A DNA stretch of 62,827 nucleotides, the filler included, from Nemertoderma westbladi (lineage: Eukaryota; Animalia; Xenacoelomorpha), in the NCBI GenBank assembly GCA_032718475.1. It is 3 parts of 3 records of this genome, joined end to end, with 100 filler letters (N's around TTAATTAATTAA, not from the genome) between each part and the next. Parts side by side here need not be neighbours in the genome. Positions count along the whole stretch, not along the records: positions 1 to 26,199 come from JAUCBJ010002420.1; 2 more parts are not named here. One strand, written 5' to 3'. The position numbers were made by a program, and so were the translations under genes. Shown in pieces: positions 10,611 through 21,400 of the stretch (position 1 is the stretch's first letter; each line of letters starts with the position of its first letter). The notes under the pieces are model-generated. The model searched no databases, was not told where the DNA came from, and saw only the letters and a program-made list of their open reading frames with translations.

Positions 10611-13600
10611 TCATTGAACTCCGAATCTTGCTGGTTGCTTGTGAGTTCTCGAACTGCGCCTGGGAAGATCATCAGCGAACTGTACATGTTTTTGAGGCGT
10701 TATATCACGAAGAGAAGAGTCATCTGGGATGGAACGTAGATAACGACGATTTCTCCAATACACCCGACCATTGTCTAGTTCTATCCAGTAATCTCGTCTA
10801 GTACCACGGGAAAGGACGATACCAGATTTGTTCCATAGTTTGGAATGTGCACTCTGGATGCAAACTCGGGAACCAATAGGAATCGGGGTTAAGTCGTGAG
10901 CATGATCATTATAATATGATTCAGTTGCTGAAGACGTTGAAGGCCAAGGGATAGGGAATGAATCACCTGCCAGTGTGGACGAATGAGCTGGTATAGTGGA
11001 ACGGAGGGATCTACCGAACAACAGTTGAGCTGGAGACATACCATGTTCTTTAGGAGTATTTCTCCATTCCAGCAAACCACGAACAAAGCAAGTAGAGTTT
11101 AGATCTCCTTTGACATCTAACTTTTTTATCAATGATTTCATGGCCTTTACAGCCCCCTCTGCATGGCCATTAGACTGAGGATACTCAGGAGTAGAATACT
11201 CAGGGATGATATTCCATTCGGATAAGAAATCATGATAACGTGCTGAATTAAATTGTGTACCACCATCAGAACGAAGGCGTTTTGGAATACCGAAATCTTT
11301 GAACCATCCTCGAAGAGCTGAAATAACTTGAGAGCTGGAAGGATCGGCACGCCAAGAATGAACGCATGGCCACCCAGAATATCTATCGACATAAACCAGG
11401 TATGACCAGGTGCTGAAGTAGAAAAGATCAGCAGAGCAATCCTCCATTGGAAGACATGGATGAGGGTCGCTTTGGAGAGACTCTTTAGGTAAACTTGGTT
11501 GATAAAGTTGACACTGGGGACAAGAATTGACTATGTTTGTAATATCGCTATTGATACCAGGCCAGAATACAGTTTGCCTAGCTCTCCTCTTAGAACGTTC
11601 AATGCCCTGATGAGCATCATGAAGGTGCTTCAGGACATTCTTGCGGAGGGAAGATGGAATTACAATCCGGGAACCTAATAAAAGAAGATTATCTTCACAA
11701 GATAACTGATGTCGCACATTCCAGAATGGGCGTATGTGCACAGAACATTGTGTGGATGTTGAGGGAAATCCAGAAATAACAGCATCCACCAAAGCCATGT
11801 AAGAAATATCATCCTTTGCAGATGATCGGATAGACTCAATATATGAATCCTTGAGATGACTTGGAGCATCAGAGACAACAATTGAGGTAGACACGTGACG
11901 AATGACTGCGGAAACATGGTCATTGACATCTGTATCACAAAGAATATCCTCTGGAGTAGGATCCGAAACAGGGGCACGGGAAAGTGCGTCTGTAATCGAA
12001 TCGATATCGGAAGTGATATCGGAAGTGATATCGGAAGTGATATCAGAAGTGATATCAGAAGTGATATCGGAAATGATATCGGAAGTGATATCAGAAGTGA
12101 TATCGGAAGTGATATCGGAAATGATATCGGAAGTGATATCAGAAATGATATCGGAAGTGATATCAGAAGTGATATCAGAAGTGATATCGGAAGTGATATC
12201 AGAAGTGATATCGGAAGTGATATCGGAAGTGATATCGGAAATGATATCGGAAGTGATATCAGAAGTGATATCGGAAGTGATATCGGAAGTGATATCGGAA
12301 ATGATATCGGAAGTGATATCAGAAGTGATATCGGAAGTGATATCGGAAGTGATATCAGAAGTGATATCGGAAGTGATATCGGAAGTGATATCGGAAATGA
12401 TATCGGAAGTGATATCGGAAGTGATATCAGAAGTGATATCGGAAGTGATATCGGAAGTGATATCGGAAGGATGGACCCAATTAGTTGGTTCGTTATCCAG
12501 AACTGGACAAATAATACCTTGTTCAACCATTTTCTCTAAGCGAGCTTTAGCCCAGTCTCTAATGGCTAAAGGAAGTTGCCTGGCTGTATGAATAGCATAT
12601 GGTTGGGCATCATCTTTTAATGAAATGGTCATGGGTGGGCCATTCATTGGACGAAGTTTGTCATCTTGGTCAAAAACATCAGAATAAGCCTTTATGAGTT
12701 TCTGCTTAACAATATCCCATTCTGAAGGCGAAGGTTCATCAGAAAGATGGAAGTCAACCTTGAATGATGTTGTTGGAATTGAGTTTTTAATACCAATAGG
12801 TGACATATTAGAAGAATTAGAAGAAGCAACAGACTGAATTTCTGCCACTGGTTCTGGATATGAACTTGAAATAATTCCTAGGTTTTGACAAGTATACCAT
12901 GCCAAAAGAATTCCATTGACTTCTTCACAAATGCAGATAAGCTCATCAGTTGAATATTCACCATAGGAAATTGTAGTGTGGAGGAGACCAATGCATGAAA
13001 GAAGACTACCATTAGCAGCAGAAAGATCATCATGGTCTGGTGGAAGTAAATTTTCTTTGTCAATAGAAAGGGCCTGAAGAAAATCTAAGCCGGCAACAGT
13101 GGCCTCAGCACCAGTATCTGGAGTTGCTTTGAGAGAACCGAATAAATGTCCTGTTGCGATATGACAGAAGTTCAGAAATACTTTCGGAGCTTGTCGATTA
13201 TGGCTTCCAACCAAATTGAGGGTGATGCGGCTAATGGGTTTTGTCTTAGGTTTTGAAGATGAATTCGAATTATTTTGTTTAGACCGACAAACATTGGCAA
13301 AGTGGCCTTCCTTGCCACAATAAGAACAATCTTTGTTCCTTGCTGGACTGTCAGCGCGTTTATGGTCTGTTTTACCACAACCATAACAAACTATAGGGCC
13401 AGTAGTTGAAGAATTGTTTCTGGAATTGGATTTAGAAGAATTGTTGCGCCTGGAATTATAAGGTTTTTTGTTGTGAAAACGAGATTGTCGAGAAGCTTGG
13501 TTGATTGAAGGGTTTTTTAAATCCTGAACTCCAGCTTGCGCTGATTCCTCAGACCTACAAAGATTTACAGCATCTTCAAGCGAAGGAAATGGAGTCAATG

Positions 13601-14291
13601 CAAGAAGTTTAGATCTGGTGTCCTCGCAAGAAATACCAGACATAATTCGAGTAGTCAACCGCCGATCGAAACAATGACGACATAGATCAGCATCTCGAGC
13701 AAGATCTTTAATAGCAACCAGGTAGCTATCAAAATTTTCACTTTGACGTTGTTTCCTATTATCAAACTGAACACAATCAAGGGCTATATTCCGTTTACCA
13801 CGAAAATAACTTTGAATACAATCTATTAACACCTGAACTGTTAAAGGATTATCATGTGTGTCAGGAGGAATGTCAATAACTTGTTCCAGTGTAGAGCGCA
13901 TACCTATAGAAAGGTAACTCCTGAAAATACAGATTTGCCTATCCCTAGCCATTCTATCCATCTGAAATGCAGAATAATAATCCGCCCAAACCGACTTCCA
14001 AGTTTCAAATTTTGCTAAACTGAAATCCGGTTCTAAAGCAATTGGTGCTTTAATTTGAAGATTACGAGGGGTTGAGTCAGCCTGATGAACTACAGGTTGA
14101 TGTGGTTGACCAAGTAATTGTTGAAATTGATGGGCATTTTGGGCTTGGGATTGTGCTAAGGAATCAGCCAAATCGCGTTGTGATTTAACTAAAGCATGTA
14201 GAAGAGCTGAGGTGGGATCAGGATTACCACGACCAGCCAACTGTTCTCTTAAAACCTCCAGTTCGGTTTCGAGTTCAGCTTTAGTAGGCAT
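10611..14291 (-). CDS. Gag-protease-(SDIT)n-integrase polyprotein, 1226 aa, lacking RT and RNase H
   Basis: Gag (FDNRKQRQSENFDSYL), knuckles CYGCGKTDH and CSYCGKEGHFANVC, protease DTGA, pre-RT PTNWVHP. Then the repeat, the post-RNase H motif DALSRAP, HDAHQG...FWPGI...CPQC, and integrase ADLF / LRSDGGTQF / PQSNGHAE. No YxDD motif. Confidence 0.92.
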   Translation of the reverse strand: MPTKAELETELEVLREQLAGRGNPDPTSALLHALVKSQRDLADSLAQSQAQNAHQFQQLLGQPHQPVVHQADSTPRNLQIKAPIALEPDFSLAKFETWKSVWADYYSAFQMDRMARDRQICIFRSYLSIGMRSTLEQVIDIPPDTHDNPLTVQVLIDCIQSYFRGKRNIALDCVQFDNRKQRQSENFDSYLVAIKDLARDADLCRHCFDRRLTTRIMSGISCEDTRSKLLALTPFPSLEDAVNLCRSEESAQAGVQDLKNPSINQASRQSRFHNKKPYNSRRNNSSKSNSRNNSSTTGPIVCYGCGKTDHKRADSPARNKDCSYCGKEGHFANVCRSKQNNSNSSSKPKTKPISRITLNLVGSHNRQAPKVFLNFCHIATGHLFGSLKATPDTGAEATVAGLDFLQALSIDKENLLPPDHDDLSAANGSLLSCIGLLHTTISYGEYSTDELICICEEVNGILLAWYTCQNLGIISSSYPEPVAEIQSVASSNSSNMSPIGIKNSIPTTSFKVDFHLSDEPSPSEWDIVKQKLIKAYSDVFDQDDKLRPMNGPPMTISLKDDAQPYAIHTARQLPLAIRDWAKARLEKMVEQGIICPVLDNEPTNWVHPSDITSDITSDITSDITSDITSDIISDITSDITSDITSDITSDITSDITSDITSDIISDITSDITSDITSDITSDIISDITSDITSDITSDITSDITSDITSDITSDIISDITSDIISDITSDITSDITSDIISDITSDITSDITSDITSDITSDIDSITDALSRAPVSDPTPEDILCDTDVNDHVSAVIRHVSTSIVVSDAPSHLKDSYIESIRSSAKDDISYMALVDAVISGFPSTSTQCSVHIRPFWNVRHQLSCEDNLLLLGSRIVIPSSLRKNVLKHLHDAHQGIERSKRRARQTVFWPGINSDITNIVNSCPQCQLYQPSLPKESLQSDPHPCLPMEDCSADLFYFSTWSYLVYVDRYSGWPCVHSWRADPSSSQVISALRGWFKDFGIPKRLRSDGGTQFNSARYHDFLSEWNIIPEYSTPEYPQSNGHAEGAVKAMKSLIKKLDVKGDLNSTCFVRGLLEWRNTPKEHGMSPAQLLFGRSLRSTIPAHSSTLAGDSFPIPWPSTSSATESYYNDHAHDLTPIPIGSRVCIQSAHSKLWNKSGIVLSRGTRRDYWIELDNGRVYWRNRRYLRSIPDDSSLRDITPQKHVQFADDLPRRSSRTHKQPARFGVQ
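12002..12468 (-). repeat. 12-bp minisatellite, about 39 copies of TCYGATATCAYT, translated as SDIT/SDII
   Basis: Direct reading. Each unit contains the GATATC palindrome, and only two positions vary. Confidence 0.97.
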
Positions 14292-14821
14292 ATCTGACTG
14301 TTGAATAGTAGAGAAATTTCAGGAAATTAAATATCCGAAAAAATTTGCAAAATCCGAAAAGAAAAAATTTTGCAAAAATGTGCAAAACTTTTGCACGCAA
14401 ATCAGCCAAAATCTGTAGTTATTGAATACTGGCAGACTGGAATACCGCCTGACTGCTGAATGTGAATAGGTACCGGTAGTTTCTAATTAGGCTAGCGGGC
14501 GTGGCTGCCTACCCCTCACGGCCCCCGGACAGTGCAAGGTCCTCAGCGCCGATGTACCGTCGTCGCTGTGTTTTTCGCCAACGATGTAGCTACACAACGA
14601 CAACGATAACCGCGAGCCACTCCACTGTCCGTCCCAAGGGCTTAGTTTAGAAGAGTACTGGAGTAGGTACACCACCGGAAGTATAGGTAGGTAGCTAGGC
14701 CTAGATCAGAATCAGTAGAGGCGACCGGTAGAATAATATTGAATTATCTGACCTGCTGAATGCGCTGGAATGTCCACCATTTGAATAGGGTTGTAGGAAC
14801 ATCAAGTACATCACTGCGCCA

Positions 14822-15122
14822 TATTGGGATCGGAAATAAATGAATACCAGCTGCATCAGTTTATTAATGGTCGACATACAGAACAGCATATCAAACAATA
14901 ATAAGAACCAACAGACCAACGAACACACCCACCACCTTACAGCACATCAGTACAGCAGTACAGTAGGTACCGGTAACGGTTACTGTACCTACAGACCTAG
15001 AAGATAGGAAAGACTGAATACCGGAATACCAGAAGAGGACCGGTAGCTAAAAGACCAGTAGGTTGGATCTAACCACCACCAAGCCAGGGTCTACTAGAGC
15101 CCTAACAATACATAATCTAACA
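14822..15122 (-). repeat. Gypsy 5' LTR (301 bp)
   Basis: Direct repeat of 10240-10540, followed by the PBS. Confidence 0.96.
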
Positions 15123-18100
15123 ATGGTTCTTTCCAACTCGCGTTCTCGGCTCGATATTCGTAGGGCCGTCTATGCACTTCCTGTAACTCTGGATAAGAGT
15201 TGATGAACAAGTCGCCATATTCCGGATCTTGACGAATGAAGTTGATCAAGTTATAGGAATTAAGATCGTTAGGATTAATGTTCCTGAGATATTTACGAAC
15301 AAATTTGGTTGAAATACATTCGCCAACACGCTTCATTAGTTCGTAACTCGGTGTGCGTGATTTTTGTTCAACAGACGCGAATAGGTAAGGATGGAATGCA
15401 TAAACTCCTTCGTAGGCGCATCCAGGGTAATAGCGATGGCGTGACTCACAATGTAAATCCGCGTTCGCTTCCCAAGCTCGGATGTAGCGTAGGGTAATCA
15501 TTTCATCTACGCTTTCCAGATCGCGGTTAAAAGGGCAATCAAAACTGGCATGTCCTTTAAGTTGACAATGATGGCATTGAGTCATAAATTGGGGGCAGAC
15601 TGCGAAAATGTGCAAGTTATTGAGTCTGCAATACGCACAATAGATCTCCATCGCCGGTTGTTCATGGAAATAGGAGCAGGGTACGTCTGAGTCCATGGGT
15701 GTAAGATGGTCTCTCGATGCGCATAATCGGCAACGTTTTCGAGAAACATAGTTGGCATGCCGATAATCGTATGCGGTGAGACACTGTGGACCTTGATACC
15801 ATTCCAAGACGTAGTCGTTGTCGCTGCTCCGGGGCGCGGTAGGTTGAATCGCCTCAGATTCTAAGCATATTGGTTCGTCTTCCAATTGCATAGCTGAGGT
15901 AGGTGTGACTGTTTCCTCAAGCGAACCCACTGTCTGAACTTCCACGATAGAATAGCCCGTGGGAATTCGAGGTCTTTGTATAACAGAGGAATGTAAGTTC
16001 TGTATACAAACATCCTTGAAAATGGCGAATCCAGCGCTGTCTAACTTCTCAGTAGCTGAGTCTCTTAGGCTGAGCTTGGTCAGAGCGCGGTCCTTGAACT
16101 GACTATCAACGTTACGGAACGGAGTCAGAAAGCGCCTGAAACATTCGAAGCGGATGAATTTATTGTGTTCATCTAGCTTGGTGAGTTTGGTTCCAAGTAT
16201 TAAGGGATGGGCGCGTATAGTATGACTGCACACATCGGCTAGCCAATACGGCAAGTGCGGCGTTTTCAAAGATCGTGTATATAGCTAAGGAGGGACGAAG
16301 GGGAACACTCATGAAGCTATACACGACACCAGGTGCAGTCAATGGTCCATCGAAGTATAATCGAGAATAATGATCTCCATATACTTGTTGATAGTTGATA
16401 GGATTTCCGACCTTGAAATTCCATCCGTATTCTTGAAAGGCAAGATGTCCGATGGAGGTTCGTTGTACTTTAGTAATGCTGCTGGGTGTATTGGCATACA
16501 TAGTTCGGAAGAAACCTCGGCCTTCTGCCCAGGGAGCAATCAGCTGAGTATCTACGAAAGGATATGGGATATTCTCCATGTTCTGAAAGTCGTTTTGGAG
16601 ATCTCCATAAACAGCTGAGCCGATTTTAAGGATTCTTTCGTTAAACAACATCTCGAGCACGGGCTGGGGTAACATCGATCCATCGATACCCATGGCCGGT
16701 TTCGCTCGGTGTCAGTGACGTAACGCTGCGCGAGTTCGAATTGTCCATGTCGGAGTTTCTTTTGTATCTTAGTGAGAGTCTCAAAGGAATAATCGATCAC
16801 GTCGGAACACACTCGAGTAAACACATGGGTAGAACCAGCTAGTCCTCGTATGTGTATCATGCGCGTAGTTCCCAGTTCTCCGACCGGAACGCTACCTTCG
16901 TTATTGTAAGTGACAACTCCATACATTTCGATAACGTTAAGAGTTTCGTTCCACTCTTTAGTGGCGTTCTCTAGGGTCATCCCCACCGGATGCCACAAGT
17001 TGGCGCATTCGCTAGCGCTAGGGAGATCCCTATACTTCAGATACTGTGTAGTATACGTCTCCACATCTCCATATCTTTGTATTCTCTCTTTTTCGAATAA
17101 TACGCCGAGATTCCAATGGACTAATCGAGTTTTAATAAATCCATCGAGATTATACGGAGGTGTTGTATCCTTCTCTATTCTAGAAACATTGTATAGTTTT
17201 CTGAATGAATTTACTTTCACTAACTGATCCAGATGTTTCTGCAATTGTTCGAGTTCGACAAGGTCGAGAGGATTTATTAGCGGTAGAAACCTTAGATTAT
17301 GCGTCGGGTCTTCAGGTTTTACCATATAATATTGAGTTAGATTGACGTAATAAGGGTGGTCTTTGATCCCATAAAACGAGTTCGGTAAAGGTCTAGCGCG
17401 TATGTTGACCTTGTGTACCATACGACGGACAAGATCCGCTTGATTGTCCGGAGGTTCAACGAGTATACCGTCGACACGAGCGGCCTCGATTGGAGGACGC
17501 TGTAACATAGGAGCGTCAGGGATAAGATCTCGGGATCTTAGGTTGATATCAACCGGTTGGGGTTGTACCGTCGCGAAGAGTTTGTCTCCGAAATGGGGAA
17601 CCATCGAGGGATGAATGATGGTTTTGGAATAGAGATCAGTCATAAGGATTTGAGCTTCGGGTTGGGCTAAAGCTGCTTCTTCTCTCTCATCCATTTCGAT
17701 GTGTTTCTCCTCGAGCTGATTTTCCTCCGCTTGTCGTTGTAAGCGTTCATCTAAAAACTCTTGTAGAGAATAGGTTCATCCAAGTTCGATGTCTTCCTCC
17801 GAGGTTTTGGATTTCTCGATCGAACTGTGGCAAGGCAAACTCCTTCACCGATTGGACTTGTTGCTGCAATTTACGTTTCTCTAAACAATCGTACGTTCCT
17901 TTTCCGATCTTCTGCCGAATAGCATCTAATGCGTTTCTTATAACGCGCTCCTCGACTTCGGTGACGGGTTGTATCGGGGTTAAACCGGGACAATTGTAAG
18001 GGTTGAACGGCGATATTAAATGTCCGCATCCCAATCCGGCTAGGTAGGATGGGCGAATATCTAGAGAGCCCACTACCGGAGTGCCACTGATTAATTGTTT

Positions 18101-18463
18101 GGGTAACACTAAATCTTTGAACAGTGAGTATAGTTCGGGAGGATCCGTGATACTATTAGGATCAAGAGTTTGAGGTCTCACTGGGGAATGAGGAGGTCTG
18201 TCCGAGTATTCCGGAACTCTGATCATGGGTTTATTTAAAGATCGTTTGAGGCGAGCGATCGTAGGTGATACATCAAACAAATTTCGCTCGAAACTCCCGT
18301 AAGTATAGCGAGTAAAACTGTGTTTAGCGCAACGTCTCCGCGGATGTTTATGTCTTTCCGTTTGTTGGTTGGGTCTAGGGCATTCATCACAATAATACCA
18401 AAGACGCACGTCCTGTAGAGGAAACGCGGGTGATCGTTCTCCAGTTTTACAATATTCCTCCAT
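15123..18463 (-). pseudogene. Element 2 extra ORF: N-terminal Cys/His region, DEDDy-like exonuclease domain and three zinc knuckles; frameshifted and cut by the Gypsy insertion (tail resumes at about 10234-9916)
   Basis: Overlapping fragments 18463-17747, 17694-16552, 16693-16169 and 16269-15123. Motifs TYNNEGS, LPQPVLEML...LKIGSAVYGD, FVDTQ, AIYTIFEN, then CRLC..H..C, CAYC..H..C and CHHCQLKGHASFDC. Homologous to 2728-5277. Confidence 0.7.
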
Positions 18464-18469
18464 CTGTTC

Positions 18470-21400
18470 GAAGCCAAAGCGTCGTCTCCAGAAATGTGTA
18501 GTACAGACAGATCTATCACGGGTTTAAATAACTTCGATTTACTCGTCCGGGTTTTAGGTTTGACTTTCTCCGTTCCCTTGGCTTGTCTAATCTCAGCCGT
18601 GGTGAGATGAGGGGGCCATTCATCCTCTTCTTTACTTAGGAAGTCGGGTCCACCTAACCAGTCTGGAGTGTCTACCAGTTCTTGAGGAGTTGCTCCTCTG
18701 GAGGCGATGTCAGCTGGATTAATCGTCCCAGGGCAATGTCTCCATTGATCTATCTTCGTGCGACTAAGTATAATGGCTACTCTGTTGGTAACGAAGACGC
18801 TGAACTGACAGACTTCATTGGCTATATACTCCAACACGAGTAAAGCATCGGTCCAATAGACAGTTTTCTCCAGAGGATAGTCGATCTGTTCTGTTACATT
18901 CCGGCCGATGGCTGTAGCGTATAGAGCCGCTTTTAACTCCGCTCAAGGAACTTTCAGCTTGTTGTTTATCAAGGCCTTAGAGGTAACCAAGGCGACCTTA
19001 ATTCCATCTGGAGTTTCAACCCTCAAGTAGGCTACTATACCTATTCCCATGTTGCTGGCGTCTCCAAACACATGGAGTTGATAGGAATACGTGGGGAGAA
19101 TGTGACCAAAATATGAACGGGAAATAATAAAGTTCTCGATGGAAGGTAGAGAATCTTCCCATTTCATCCACTTCTTTAGCAGTTCTCCCTTAAGTGGATC
19201 GTCCCATGAGTGGTTTTCAAGCCACATTTGTTGTACTAAACTCTGAGCAACCAATATAATGGGGCTAATAAATCCCAATGGATCGAAATAAGTGCTCAGG
19301 ATACTTAGACCAATCCGTTTGGTGCAAACTGGATTATCTCGCTGTTTTAGTTGGAAAAACAGGATATCTCTCTCCGTGTCCCATTTCAAACCAAGCGTCT
19401 TAGTTTCTGGAAGATCGTCCTTGATAAGGTCTAGATCTTTAGTTCCTCGGTCTTCTACCAGGATCGATTCCAGAAATTCCTGGGAGTTACTTGTGAATTT
19501 AGTTAATCTAAATCCACCTCTTTTCAAGCACTCTACCGTTCCCTTGGCGACATCAATGGCTTCTTCCACCGATGGGAGGGACTTTAAATTGTCGTCCATG
19601 TATATATCCCTTTTGATGTTGTCGATAACCGCTTTAGAGAAGGCGTCCCGATTGTCTTCAGCAGTGGTATGCACTACTGAGCAGGCGTTTGAGGGGCTCG
19701 AGATGATCCCAAAAGCCTGTATGGTCATCCAGTACTCCACTGGTTTTTGGTTGAGGTCTCGTTCAGGCCACCACAGAAATCGTAGTCTGTCGCGATCCCT
19801 ATCCAGCGCTTTAACTTGTAAGAACATGCCTTCTATATCCGAAGCAAAAGCAATCGAATATTGTCGTAATCTTAAGAGTATTCCCAACAAGGATTGGAGT
19901 AAGTTGGGTCCCGGCAACAACTCGGAGTTAAGGGATTGGCCCATGTAGAGGGCGGAGCTGTCAAATACTACCCGGACTTCGTTGGGTTTACCGGGTTTGG
20001 GAACGTAATGGTGTGTTAAATAGTATGTTCTCTCGGTTATGGGTGTTTCTTCTGGTACTCGCTCCGCATATCCCTTGTCAATGAATTTCTTCAGCTGGGT
20101 CCTGTACATCTCCTTAGCTGAAGCATTTGCCGTAAGGCGTCGATGTAGTTGCGCGATTCTCTTCTCCGCCAAAGGTCGGTTATTTATAAAATTGGGTTCT
20201 CTCCGTCGGAAAGGCAGACCAATCTCATACCTACCTTGATCTTTAAGAAAACGTGTAGTCGTTTCCTGTATCTGCTTGGCTCTTTCCTCTTCTACCGATA
20301 GGGCCTTATCGTAGGAATTGGGCTCTACAGCCTCTTGAGTGAAGAATCGTACGGCGTGTTCATCGCGAGTCTTCGCGTTTTAACAATCTATCACTTCATT
20401 CAGTTCGTCGTTGTAATCGACTTGTCCCGCTGGATGGATGAGGTGACACAGGTTCACTTGGTTTTGCCAAGTTTCATTTTCCGTAAGGAGGTCGATGGTA
20501 TTCTCCTCGTCGAATGGTTGATGAATATCGTCATTATCTGAGGAGTATGGCGTTCCCTCAGGTGTGTCGTCTCCCTTACTGATTTCCTCTTCCCATTCAC
20601 TCACCTGGTGGACTTGATCTTTAGGTAGCCTTTCCATGAGTGTCCTACGGGAAGGTCCAGTAAAGTACCAACCTACTCTAGTTCTTCCCGCATAGGTTTG
20701 CAGTGGTTGCGGTTGAGCAGGCCGTTTCTCTAATGTCTCAAGCGCCTCATGCACATTTTGGCCGATGAGTATTTGTACCCCTGGATAGTCGGTGTTGAAT
20801 CTAGGTATCTCATGCTGCTGGGTGAAATTGTCTTCATCCCAGTTATAAGGTTCCACTTGGCTGGTAGCGAAGTTCTTTATCACTACCATCTTCACTGACC
20901 TTATACTGTGTTCTCCTAGTTCATCCTGGGGGGTGGATAACGCGCCTACATAGTAGTCTGTAGCTACTGTAGATTTCCAAACCTGCATAATTCCTGAAAG
21001 GTTCAACTTAGTTCGGAACTTGGGTTGTCCAGCAAAGATATCTTCGGCTAGTTCTTTGTCGATGAATGTTCCTGTGCTGCCGGAGTCAAGGAGGGCGTTC
21101 ACTATATAGCTCCTTTTTAACCCGTGGACTCTCAACTGCACTACGGGAAATTCTCGGATTCCTACGTTGGAAGTTGGCGCTTTCCAAGATGGTTGTCGGT
21201 CAGGAATAGTTAAGGGGAGCTCACTATCAGTTTCAGTCTCATACGTAAGTGCTCGATACAGTGCAGTGTTTATTAGATAACAGGATTCGTTTTCGTCGGA
21301 GAATTCATCTGTGTAGAATCCTTCCATCTCCGAACTGTGGTCAGTGTCGTTCACATCACTGAATTGGACATGTAGTTTGGACTCACTTACCTGACTCGGG

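Larger units (their letters stand above)
10240..15122 (-). mobile_element. Ty3/Gypsy (probably Mag-type) LTR retrotransposon; very recent, RT-less, nested in element 2
   Basis: LTRs at 10240-10540 and 14822-15122 are identical by eye. TSD ATGGT at 10235-10239 and 15123-15127. PBS TGGCGCAGTGA (14821-14811) and PPT TTGGGGGAGA (10550-10541). Domain order is PR-(RT/RH site)-IN. Confidence 0.95.

Noticed and set aside
11675-12591. ORFs 11675-12526, 11895-12539 and 11902-12591 (ISLP, DIGS, ISEV repeats)
   Set aside because: Alternative-frame read-outs of the stop-free 12-bp array. Only the SDIT frame links recognisable domains.
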